DNA of 64,000 bases, from positions 620,001 through 684,000 of the forward strand of contig SMSO01000004.1 of NCBI GenBank assembly GCA_004764695.1, given 5' to 3'. Positions 51,088 to 61,902 of this stretch are shown one piece after another. The DNA comes from Schizochytrium sp. TIO01 (Eukaryota > Protista > Bigyra: Labyrinthulomycetes). The number at the start of each line of letters is the position of its first letter. The stretch's first letter is position 1. Made by a program: the position numbers and the translations under genes. The notes beneath the pieces are model-generated. The model saw only the letters and a list, made by a program, of their open reading frames with translations, searched no databases and was not told the origin of the DNA.

Positions 51088-52155
51088 ATGGGTCGTACGG
51101 TGAAAGCGCTGCAGGTCAAGCAGGAGGGCGGCAAGTTTGAAAAGGTCGACCTCGAGCGCCGTGACGTCGCTCCGAATGATGTGGACATTGACATCAAGTA
51201 TGCAGGAATCTGCCAGAGTGACGTTCACCAGGTTCTCAACGAGTGGGGTGGGAGCACCATTTACCCCATCACACCTGGACACGAGATTGTTGGAATCGTT
51301 CGCGCTGTAGGTGAGAATGTGACGAAGTTCAAGGTTGGCCAGCGAGTTGGAGTCGGCTGCATGGTTGACTCCTGCCGCGAGTGCACCAGCTGCCGCGAAG
51401 GTGACGAACAGTACTGTGAAAGCGGGTTCACTGGAACCTACAACGCTCGCCACCAGCGCAAGTCGCACCCCGAGGCTGGAACCGTGACCCACGGAGGCTA
51501 CTCCGAAGGTGTTGTCGTCGACCAGGATTTTGTGGTGCCCGTGCCTGAAAACCTCGACTTCGCAGCTGCCGCACCTCTTCTCTGTGCTGGCATCACCACT
51601 TATTCGCCCCTCCTTCATTACGGTCTTCGCCCGAACATGACTCTTGGTGTGGCAGGCCTGGGTGGACTTGGGCACATGGCTGTCAAATTTGGAGTCGCGT
51701 TCGGCGCTCAGGTCGTTGTTTTGTCGCGTGGAACTGATAAGAAGGACGACGCCATGAAGCTCGGTGCCCACGAGTACGTTGACACCACTGATAAGAGCGC
51801 CATGGAGAAGGCCGCATCAACGATGGACATGATCGTAGACACCATCTGTGCTCAGCATGACATGAATGCGTACCTTTCGCTTCTGCGTAAGGACGGAAAG
51901 CTCTGCCTTGTGGGAGCTTCGCCTGAGCCTCTTCCGGTCCCTGCGTTTAGCCTCCTGGGCCAGCGCCGCTCCCTTGCGGGCTCACTTATTGGCGGTGTAC
52001 GCGAGACAGCCGAGATGTTAGCCTTCTGTGGTCGCAAGAACGTTGTCCCGATGGTAGAGGTCATTTCTGCGGATCAAGTCGACGAGGCGTACGAACGTAT
52101 GCGCAAGAAGAACGATGTAAGATACCGTCTCGTGATCGACATCGCCACCATGTAA
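51088..52155 (+). CDS. NADP-dependent zinc alcohol dehydrogenase (MDR superfamily, cinnamyl alcohol dehydrogenase/YahK/AdhC-like)
   Basis: GICQSD catalytic Cys, PGHEIVG, structural Zn CRECTSC...EQYC, APLLCAGITTYSPL, GLGGLG Rossmann motif, SRG NADP signature, VRYRLVID end. Confidence 0.95.
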   Translation: MGRTVKALQVKQEGGKFEKVDLERRDVAPNDVDIDIKYAGICQSDVHQVLNEWGGSTIYPITPGHEIVGIVRAVGENVTKFKVGQRVGVGCMVDSCRECTSCREGDEQYCESGFTGTYNARHQRKSHPEAGTVTHGGYSEGVVVDQDFVVPVPENLDFAAAAPLLCAGITTYSPLLHYGLRPNMTLGVAGLGGLGHMAVKFGVAFGAQVVVLSRGTDKKDDAMKLGAHEYVDTTDKSAMEKAASTMDMIVDTICAQHDMNAYLSLLRKDGKLCLVGASPEPLPVPAFSLLGQRRSLAGSLIGGVRETAEMLAFCGRKNVVPMVEVISADQVDEAYERMRKKNDVRYRLVIDIATM

Positions 52156-53054
52156 AACACGGTCTGATGAAGGCTCGAAGAACCCTTCCTTGTTTAAAAT
52201 TTATAAACTTGCCACTGCATTGAGCTCCCCTGCTGGCATCAAACAGTCACCTACTGTCTCAATTTGCAATATCATCATATTAGCAATCGTTGCTTGCACC
52301 CAAGTATCAAGGTATATTCTTCATTCTTTACATGGTGGATGCATAAATCTATTATTAGTCTTTTAAAAACAAATCTAAAAACCTTCAGTTTTTTCCACAC
52401 GTTTCCTCTCGTTCCCTTGCTTTTGCTCCCAATCATTGATAATTTGTTGTCACGTGACAATTCTTGCTTGGAAGTGCACTTTGCGTCCATGTCAATTTTC
52501 ACCTGAGTGCTTTTAGGATGTGGCTTCTGGTGTCCAATGATGGACATCATTTGCGAAAGCTGCCGGCAATAAAAGGATCAATTTTATCATGTTTTATCTA
52601 ATACGCACCATCTTCAAAGTCAATCGTGCATGATTTACTGCCTTCACGCTCTCAAGATAATCCACCGCAGTTCTTTAGTTTGTTGACTTAGTACTATTAG
52701 TAGGTAAGTATTTATTATGCAGTAATATTCCTACTTACGTATACGAATACCTGCACAAAGTGCCGCGGCGCTGACCTGTTCCAGTTCAAGAACTTCAACC
52801 TTGTGAGCAAAGCAACGACGGACAAACTCAACCTGAGCCCCTAGTGGTCTTTCCCGACTTCCGTGAAGCGGGAAGTCATATATCGCAAAGTTGGGCTTTG
52901 GAACGAGTGCTCGAGCCGCGACGAAGAAAAGAAGCTGCTGCGCCATCAGGCATTTTCCGTCATCGAACTCTTAAATTGCTCGACACAACAGAAGACGCAG
53001 CAGGAGAGATAGATTCAGGCGGAGCGAAACTATAAAAGTTGTAAAATCATCAGC

Positions 53055-53759
53055 ATGAATCGGCCGGGAAGTTCATCAGGGCCCTCTCAGGGAAGCCCAG
53101 GTCCTTCGGACTTTCTCAACGCTGGAGCGGATCTGTTCCAACAGGTCTTTTCTTCTTTTGAGAGCGACTGGAATAGGGTCAATGGACCCATGGGCTTCTT
53201 TGGTTCTTTGGGGTCTGGCATGGATGCTTGGGGACCTGATCAGCCTTCAAGACAGACACCAAGACAGACACCAAGACGTAACTCCCCTCAACAATCCACA
53301 TCGTCGACAGGAGGCCGAACTTCGGCCTCAGCCTCGGCATCTACATCTACATCTACATCTGCATCATCTACCCGGGCTGGAAGACACTCTTCAACTTCGT
53401 CTCGATCTTCACATCCCTCTGCTCCGTCCTCTTCTCAAAGTGCTGATTTATCTCATTTTGGTGGTTGCCCCTTCGAAGATTGGTCAATCCGTGCACTAAA
53501 GATGTTTGTCAAAGACATGGATTCTTCACAGTGTCTTGAAAAACGAGAACTTGTAGCAATGTGCCGAACCAAGGTTAAATGGCCACTTCCAGAAAGTACA
53601 GAAAACGATGCAATTGCATGCAGGATATGCCTTGATCGTGAGCTAGATGCTGTTCTTATCCCATGCGGTCACCAAATGTGTTCCGTGTGTTCTTATGGAC
53701 TGACAGATTGCCCAATGTGCAGAGCTCATATTGAACGACGTGTACGAACCTTTCGGTAA
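53055..53759 (+). CDS. RING-HC (IAP/RNF34-type) E3 ubiquitin ligase
   Basis: C-terminal CRICLDRELDAVLIPCGHQMCSVC...CPMCR; preceding WSIRALK...CLEKRELV resembles the helical motif of RNF34/RFFL; Ser-rich N-terminus. Confidence 0.88.
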   Translation: MNRPGSSSGPSQGSPGPSDFLNAGADLFQQVFSSFESDWNRVNGPMGFFGSLGSGMDAWGPDQPSRQTPRQTPRRNSPQQSTSSTGGRTSASASASTSTSTSASSTRAGRHSSTSSRSSHPSAPSSSQSADLSHFGGCPFEDWSIRALKMFVKDMDSSQCLEKRELVAMCRTKVKWPLPESTENDAIACRICLDRELDAVLIPCGHQMCSVCSYGLTDCPMCRAHIERRVRTFR

Positions 53760-54502
53760 TTTTCTTCTAATATCCAATGTCTAAATGTTGTGTAAGACTC
53801 CTGGAGCGCCGTGCATATAGTTTTGAAGGAAAGCTTAGCACAGTCTCGTCAATATCCATATTTTCAGTAAACTTAGGCCAATCGCAACTGTATTCAGATT
53901 ACTGGAAGACCATTGCCGAGATTAGAGTAGTTAATCTATAGATGATTCTTGCTATGTGTTTGTACTTTCTTTCTCGACTGAGTGTCCTTTAATGAAGATG
54001 ATAGAATTATATAGGTTTGACTTTTGTATTCATCATTCTTCTTTTCCAACATATGAAACCAACGAAAGTGTTGTATTATATAGGTCTTTATTATTTGTTG
54101 CTTAAATCTAAGTTAAAGAATTAGGGGCCGCAAAACTCTACGAGTGAGCTCACGTCTAACAAACGCATATACTATATTTTAAAATAATGATTTACGTTGT
54201 GGAAATCTGAGGCTCGAGTTTATATAACTCTTTACAGAGAAAACTTTGGTCCTGGCAAAACCAAAAAGGTAATTTAAGCTCAAATTATCATCGGTCGTAT
54301 TTGTACACGCGAAGGGAAATGCGATTTATTTTTAATAAGTATCCATGTACCGTTTGAAATAACCTTTAAAGGCATAGAAGAAATTAAAAACAGAGCGAGT
54401 GAGTCCTTCCTAACAATAGATGCTACCTTCAGAATACAACTATGCAGAGACGTTCAATGCATGATTTTTTTTCTTTCCAGAAAGTAACAAAGCTGCACTT
54501 CA

Positions 54503-55117
54503 CTAAAAGTTCGTAAACTCATCGTCGTACAAAATAACTTGATAAGCTTCGCATGAGCTCTTCGACGGCCCTGCGAAGTATACACACCAGAATGCTCCGT
54601 CAACAGAATAAACTGATCGATCGCCTAGCTCAGATACAGTGAGAAGGGTAGGGTTATGATCAAATGTTGTGTTGTAGACCAAGGCGATGCAGTCGTACAG
54701 TTCTTGAGTAGAGCTAGATGAAGAGCATGTATCGGCAAAATCATCAAGCACAGTAACAAACTCCTCTGCAGAGAACCCAGAGAATGCAAGTTGCTTCTTC
54801 TGAAAATTTCCTGGGACACATTTCTTGCTAAGAGATAGGGTGTTGCGTATTGTCATCTTATCTTCAAGCATGCGGCCTCCAAGAGCACCTTCTCTTAAAT
54901 CCCGCAGGGTAGGAGATCCCGCAGGGGCAGAAGTAGTGATCCCTGAATTCAAGTAGTCTGCTTCCGCTCTCATGAGCTCGCGTTCTGATTCTGGCACAAG
55001 CGCCGGCGCTTCAGCTTGTGCAGCTGAAGAAGTTGAGAACTGCACAAAAGCAAGCAAGACAACAAGAAGTACTTGGATCAAACTAGCGTGGCTTCGCATT
55101 TTTGCGGACCCTAACAT
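54503..55117 (-). CDS. Hypothetical secreted protein (204 aa)
   Basis: ATG start, clear signal peptide (LIQVLLVVLLAFVQFSTSSA), protein-like composition with 5 Cys in the C-terminal half. No family recognised. Confidence 0.75.
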   Translation of the reverse strand: MLGSAKMRSHASLIQVLLVVLLAFVQFSTSSAAQAEAPALVPESERELMRAEADYLNSGITTSAPAGSPTLRDLREGALGGRMLEDKMTIRNTLSLSKKCVPGNFQKKQLAFSGFSAEEFVTVLDDFADTCSSSSSTQELYDCIALVYNTTFDHNPTLLTVSELGDRSVYSVDGAFWCVYFAGPSKSSCEAYQVILYDDEFTNF

Positions 55118-57046
55118 CGCCCGGGAGCACGAACCTCCTTCTCTTCACTGGACAACCGTAGAGCGATTCTGAGCTCCACGTTGAACCAACTGTCTCCGGC
55201 GATAGAGCTAGCAAAAGAAGACTGTCAAGAAGACAAGGGCAAGCTATTCGCTCTCTACACCTCCCTCGCATACCTTAAATTAAAACGAACACTACTGAGC
55301 TTGAATAAGCACTCTTAGCCATAATATGAGGAATCGAATAGACCATCAACCATGCGGAATTGAACTCGCATTGAAAATACACCGCCTTTCGGAGTCGCCT
55401 CAGCAGTCGCAAGGCACCCAGGTGGTTGGCACTTAACGTTTCCGCGCTCCTCCAGCGTGGAGCTAATTTCAGTCTCTCCGCGTCAACAACGAATCTGTGG
55501 GACGAGAAACAACAGAGAAAGCTCCCAGCTCCAAACCTCTGTTTTGCTGCTCTTTTTTTCATAACATTGCAAGTGAGGACCACAGCGACACTGCTAAAAC
55601 GCTTCGCGTCATCGGCAGGCTACGCAATGGGGAGTTCAACCCAGAGCCAGCAATCGAAAATGAAGGCACTCTGCGACGTTGATGCCAATGCCAAAGCAAG
55701 TTCTTCAGGTCAACCAATCGAATGAATCAGGCAACGATTTAATTAATTATTTATTTATTCATTTATGCATTTATTCATTTATTCATTTATTTGTTCATTC
55801 ATCTATTTTAATGGTAAATGAGGTACGGAGTGTGCGCCAACTTCTGCGACTGAATAGATTGGAAACAAGTTCAACAACTCGCGCTGGCGCTTGTCGTCTT
55901 CACCTGGCGCAAGTCTCTGCGCGGACCAGAAAGCTCAAAGCTCCAGAGCACAGAGGATGCCGATGCTTACTCAAGCAGCGCTGCTCTGCACAGAGCCACG
56001 ACGAAACTCAAAGAAGGCGGTCCGAAACGAAAAACTGCGATAGAAGCGAAAACAAGTAAGACTCTTAGGTAAGATCAGACTCAAAGTAAAAAGAAGTGAA
56101 GAGAAAACAAAGAGCGAGCTTTTGGGGGGGCTCTGAGCGACTCTCTCTTGTTACCTAAATACCCGTCACTGTGACTTAATCCCCTCTTTATGATTCTCCG
56201 ATCCCCAATCAACGCATCTTTCCCCATACTTATCGAGTCAGGTATCGGATAAAGAATTTATGTTTAGGTATAATATGGTTCAGCTTACGGGATAGCGCGG
56301 AGGGGTTGAAATAAGTTCCACCATACCCTTTTCAAAGAATTTGCACCTTGCACTTTGAGTTTAGCGCATAGTCTGTTAATTGGATGCCTCCTATATTATC
56401 TGAGTTTAAAGAATACAAAGCAATTGTTTATCAACAACAGAAATGGAGAAATGCATTCGCGTGCCGAGGCAGCCAATATTCCTCGAAAGAATTATTACGT
56501 GCTACTACTTCTTATGACAGCTCCTACCTTGCAACTCGAGGGTTGTTGATGAAACATTTTGGGTCGATGTATTCTAAATTCGCTTCACTCTGCAGAGACT
56601 TGGTTTCTTGATCGATGCTGCACTCGCTCACCTAGAGAAATACTGGCGGTGGACCATAATTCTGCGACGAAGCTAAATTGTTGAAATTCGTCGTTCTCAT
56701 TCCATCTCAAAAAACGATAGCTTTAGGTATTCTCTAACAGTCCTACGCAATCATTCATTTCCATACTTTGGTGTGTTCAACCTTGGCTAACATAGAGACC
56801 GCAAACTCGAACAATCTCTGTTTTCTTTGCTCTGAGTCTCTTTGTTTGCACAGGAGACTGGGTTCGCGCCGCTTGGGGGCAGCGTTGAAGGCAAAGACTG
56901 GAGGCTTGTACATTAAAGGACAACACAAGCTTGGAATACAAGTGTAGTGAAGCGTGACGGCAATACTTTTGTAGCCCAGACACGATTACTTCAAGACTGG
57001 AGCAGAAGGCCTTGGCTGTTGCAGCTATCTTGTACAAACGCAAAGA

Positions 57047-57296
57047 CACGTGTACTATTTAGTGGTTTCATTGATTGTATTCTCATCCGCTTAAAGGAAG
57101 GTCTCGGGTCCTTTAAGGCGCTTCAGTAAGCACGTGCCGACACCGCCGCACGTGCTTTTTATATTTTCTCCCCAACGAAGCAGACAGCCGTCATATTATT
57201 GTCTCCCATCTCAGTAACCACCAAATTGTATACCGGTTGGGAACGCATTGCAAGAGGGTACAGCAAACTTCTTGAAACCAGACACAGAAGCACGTG
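57047..57296. promoter_or_regulatory. Cluster of four CACGTG E-box/G-box sites upstream of the metalloprotease
   Basis: CACGTG at 57047, 57131, 57149 and 57291; ATG at 57322. Confidence 0.5.
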
Positions 57297-57321
57297 CTAC
57301 CTCATTTTTTATTAGCATAGA

Positions 57322-58628
57322 ATGCGATCATGGCTTGTTTTTCTCACCTTTGCAGGATTTCTCCTAGGCACAGCACAAGCCAAATGCGATCCTGAGGTCA
57401 CAGAGTTGAGCCTTTGCACAATGGAAAAGGTAGAATATTGTAACTCATTTGCAAATATGGTCCAACTAATTTGTGGTTCGCAGAGTACGGTTGATAGTAT
57501 GCGAAGCTGCATCGCTACGTCATATCGTCAGTACACTTTATATGATCCAGCTTTCGTGATGGTGACAATGGGTGACTCTACAGTTAGTGGATCACTTGTT
57601 AGCGATAGCGGTGGTGTCGTGGCATTTGTTATAGACGCAGGCAAGAAGAAAAAATGCATAACCATGAGCGTGGCGATCGTACTTCGTCCAGATACAAGTG
57701 ATACTCAGCGTTCGCAACTACCGGATGCAACCACTAACTCGAGCACGGATTTTATAACTTTAGGTATTACCTCGGATAATGATGAAATAGTCGCATCATT
57801 TGAGCGTGCAGCAAGTTACTGGAATAACATTATTCGTGCAACTCAAGCCTTTACTTGGGAACTGAGTTCTGACCTCGATTTGAGTTATGATTGTGGTTTG
57901 GACTCTGTTGTCCCAAATGGCACGTATCGTGGTCTGTACATTGCTGCAACTGTTGAAGATATCGACGGCGACGGGGGTGTCCTGGGACAGTCTGGACCTT
58001 GCTATCTTCTCTATGCTAGTAAAAAGATTTATTACCCTGCTATTGGCGTGATGCAATTTGACACTGCCGATATGGAGAAGATGCTCTCAGATGGTTCCTT
58101 GGATCGCGTCATTCTGCATGAAATGGGTCATGTCCTAGGCCTCGGTACATTGTGGAGTCCTTACCTCTCTGGTAGCAGGAGTGATCCTGTCTTCACAGGC
58201 AAAAATGCTAGAAAGGCTTATAAGGAGCTTGGTGGCGAGGAATCGAAGGTTCCAATAGAGGCTTTGGGCGGATCGGGAACAGCTTACTCCCATTGGCGTG
58301 AGTCTGTATTCGAGGGTGAGCTCATGACCGGCTTGCTCTCGGGTGAATCGCGTATTTCCACATTGACCATTCAAGCGCTGAAGGATATTGGATATAGCGT
58401 AAATGCAAGTTATGCAGAAACTATGTCCTGCCCTCGGAACTTGACAAGCTTGCTCGCCGCTTGACTAAGGATGGCCATCACAAGAATCACCATAAGCACA
58501 GCTTGGGCGATGACACTTTGTCTCTGCATTTTGCCAAGGTCATCAGCCACAAGGGCGAGCTCTTGGGTGATTACGAACTGGTTCGTCACAAAGTCTCAAC
58601 CGCTACTGAGGATGATTATTCTGATTAG
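57322..58628 (+). CDS. Secreted leishmanolysin-like (peptidase M8-related) zinc metalloprotease; 1-nt deletion near 58418-58420
   Basis: Signal peptide MRSWLVFLTFAGFLLGTAQA; IDGDGGVLGQSGPC; HEMGHVLGLGTLW (HExxH); SHWRE and ELMTG (third His ligand and Met-turn). Adding one A gives YAENYVLPSELDKLARRL...SLGDDTL...EDDYSD* ending at 58628. Confidence 0.88.
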
Positions 58629-59657
58629 CCTTTCCCATACCCAAAGCAAGATATTGAAAACTGACTTGGACAGCAGCGACCTGTTTCTCTGCATGCTTTC
58701 TTGTAAAAAGTGTAATCGTGTATCTTTTCTAAATCAAAATGATGTCTTCCTTTCTCAAAACGATCTATCCTGCCTGACCGGGGGGGTTTATCTGCACCTT
58801 GCAAACTTTCCACGAGTATTACGAACAGTTCAGTATGTAGTATGGATGATTTTCTTTCAAGTCCCGTTACATGTCAGCCTGCCTGACGGCACAATTTCAC
58901 CTCTGCCCTTGAAGTTGGCGTTCTTTATTTATTTCAGATAATGTAAGCATGCCTAGTTTCGTTGTACGCACGATCTATGAGCCAACCACCTCTCTCTCGC
59001 AACTTATATGTGCCAGGCTCTTTAAGCTTCGCCAGTTTCTAGGCGCTATGAAAACCGGAGAGACATTTCAAAGAAGTCCCCTGTGTATATAGTAAGCATC
59101 AAACCAAACTGTCAAAGAAAAAAATAGAAAAACGAAGGGACTTGATTCCCACAGAAAGTCTCTCAGCTATCATGTTCTTTGCAAAGTCTGCACGCGCTAC
59201 TCTCAGAGCCTTGAGAAGTTGGTGCTGGTCAGACCGGATGCGATGATTTAAGTCTCCGGGGCAGCTTCTTTACAGAAATCCACTTAAACAACGGCCTTGT
59301 GACTCATAAGAATAATTAGAAAAAGCAAAATCTTACTTGTTCTACGACAGTAACAGGCTCCTATAGTATTGAATATGTACTTCAGTTATAAATATTCTTT
59401 GGTAGATTCCTCTCACAACAAACCAGCTGGTACGAATGATTCTGGCATGATTAAATCACATTGCACCTCCTCCTAGCATCTTTGGTGCCGATTTGAGTGA
59501 AGCAAACAAAGTTTTTAACGCTGGGGATGCTATTCAGAGTCCTTCGGAAGAGTTTCATCCTATGCTTCGCAAAACGCTCCATATCTAATCTCTTTGTACT
59601 TACTTTCTTAATTTTGATGATCCGAAATATTTCTGTTTCTGTGATAAATAAAGCAAC

Positions 59658-61902
59658 ATGGCAGAATTAATCATCTGGATCATATCACCGCCAGATCCCA
59701 ATCGAGGCGCAATCAAAGCGGTCACCGCGGCGCTGGCGGCGTATGCAAGCTCGAAGGCGTCCTCGCGGCGCCTCGCAAACACTCGCAGACCCCGTGGAAA
59801 CCTCCCTCAGGCCGGCCAGACCTGCCGCCGCGCAGTCCCTCAGCGCAGCTCTGGTGCTTGCAGCGCAGAGTGCATCGCAGCGAGTAAAGGAGTCGCTCTT
59901 CGGCGGCGCAGAACTATCGTCAGGATCTTTAAGACCTTATTCGGCCAGCCCTTTGGCTTCGAAAGGAAGTTCAGGGGACATCGGTTCAAGTATATCGGAC
60001 GCTAGGATGATGATCGATGTAGAGAGCGGGATTGGAAATGGCAACGGCAGTAATGGAAATTCGGGTGGAATTTCTAGTATAAACGTGGGCGGTATTTCAG
60101 GTGGGTCTGGCAACGGAGGCGTCGAGATGTCCACAATTGGAGGCGGAGTGAGGTCTTCTGTTCACAGTTCTGGAGACCTGGGTTTTCTGGGAAGCTCACA
60201 GAGCCCGATGCAGTATTTTGTTTACACGACACGATGCGTGTTGCTTGGGTCAAAGTTGAATATACTCATGTTGCTCTGCCCATTGGCAGCGGTAGGAGAT
60301 GCTCTCGAATGGAGTCCGGGACTCATGTTTATGCTCTCACTACTGGCAATCGCACCTTTTGCGGAGAGACTTGGTTATGTAACTGAGCAGCTTGCAATGC
60401 ATACGAATGACACATTAGGAGGTTTACTAAACGCCACATTTGGAAATGCGACTGAAGTCATCATCTCACTCTTTGCTCTGCTGAAGGGCCGCCCGAGCGA
60501 TGAATCTGATACATCGCCTGAACTCTACCAGCGTCTCGTGCAAGTCTCCTTGCTCGGCAGTGTTCTAAGCAACCTCCTACTCGTTCTAGGTAGCGCTATG
60601 CTTGTTGGTGGCTTACGCTACACATCACAAAAGTTCAATCGTATAGGCTCAAGCGTGTCAACCTCTCTTCTCTTACTAGCAGCGGGTGCGTGCGCTATGC
60701 CCTGGGTATTGAAGTCTTCCGCAGCCATTGAAGAGGAGTCTGTATTGCCTCTTTCTCGTCTAGAATCGTTAGTGCTTGTTGTACAATACTGCTTGTTCTT
60801 AAACTTCCAGCTGCGAACTCATCGCCACTTATACGAGAATTCTGACGATGTTGCTCGTGATCTTCCTGACCTCGTGCAAGTAATAGACCCGAATGGTCGG
60901 GGTACAGATATCTCCCAAGTACGAAGGCGTTACGACGGCTTTCAGATTGTTCGAAACTCTTCGATCAACATCGACTCTTGCACTGACGTATCTGAACCTG
61001 GTGAACGTATTCGAAGTGCCCGCTTACAGGTGCTACCAGAGAGCGCCCAAGGAGAGCTTTCGCAGCGCCGCCCGACTGGAGTGAAAGCTACAAATAGCGA
61101 CCCTCCTGTCGCCATGCCTACTCCAGGGTATGCATCTGGTGACAGTGGTGTTTCGTCAGGCTCTGTTCCATTGCGGTCTAATAGCGAAGGTGGTAATTCA
61201 AGTAGCCTCAGTGGGGGTGACTATCGCGACTTCCATCATAGCTCGGCAGCGGGAATGCCGAACAGTGGCAGAACTTCTCCATGCCATATGGTGGGTACCT
61301 CTCCAAAGCCAAGTTTACATCGACCTGCAACCTCTGCAAGCTTCAAGTCTGGAGGTAACTTATCACCCAACTCTGTTTGTGATGTTAATGACGATGATCA
61401 TGACAACTCCGATGATGAGGATGAGGATGAGCTAGTACTTGGATTCTGGACCGCAATTGCTTGGTTAGCAATAATCTCAATTGCTATTTCAGTACTTTCA
61501 GAGTATCTTGTTGATGCAATCAAGGGTGCTGCTGCATCATGGGAACTTTCCTCTGAGTTTATGGGATCAATTCTTATTCCTGTTGTTGGCAATGCAGCCG
61601 AACATGCTTCAGCAGTCATGTTTGCTTACAAAAACAAGATGGACATTGCTATTGGTGTAGCACTTGGATCAGCAACTCAAATCGCGGTTTCTGTCCTCCC
61701 ATTTTGCGTACTTCTTGGTTGGGGGATCGGCACGCCTTTGGACCTTGCCTTTGCCCCCTTTGAGGTGCTTATCCTCACTATTTCCATCCTTACAGTCAGT
61801 GTCATTGTGCGCGATGGCACCTCGCATTGGCTTTATGGCACGAGTCTCATTTCAGCTTATGCCATCATTGCTATTGCCTTTCTACATTTCCCTCCACAGT
61901 AA
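59658..61902 (+). CDS. CAX: Vacuolar-type Ca2+/H+ exchanger (CAX family, CaCA superfamily)
   Basis: Alpha-repeats LLNATFGNATE and IPVVGNAAEH, LLGSVLSNLLLVLG, FQLRTHRHLY, acidic loop. Probable start 59658 if one extra A at 59669-59670 is removed; otherwise 59743 or later. Confidence 0.93.

Noticed and set aside
50995-51771. 258-aa antisense ORF over the dehydrogenase, plus antisense ORFs within beta'-COP and the decarboxylase
   Set aside because: Expected by-product of biased codon usage on the coding strand.
56355-57129. Short ORFs between the orphan secreted gene and the metalloprotease
   Set aside because: All are 90 aa or shorter, in inconsistent frames, with no motif I can recognise.
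58471-58941. 156-aa ORF after the metalloprotease
   Set aside because: It overlaps the repaired protease tail in another frame and runs into 3'UTR-like sequence.
59658-60005. 115-aa ORF overlapping the CAX start, a possible uORF
   Set aside because: Better explained as the true CAX start shifted by one extra A.
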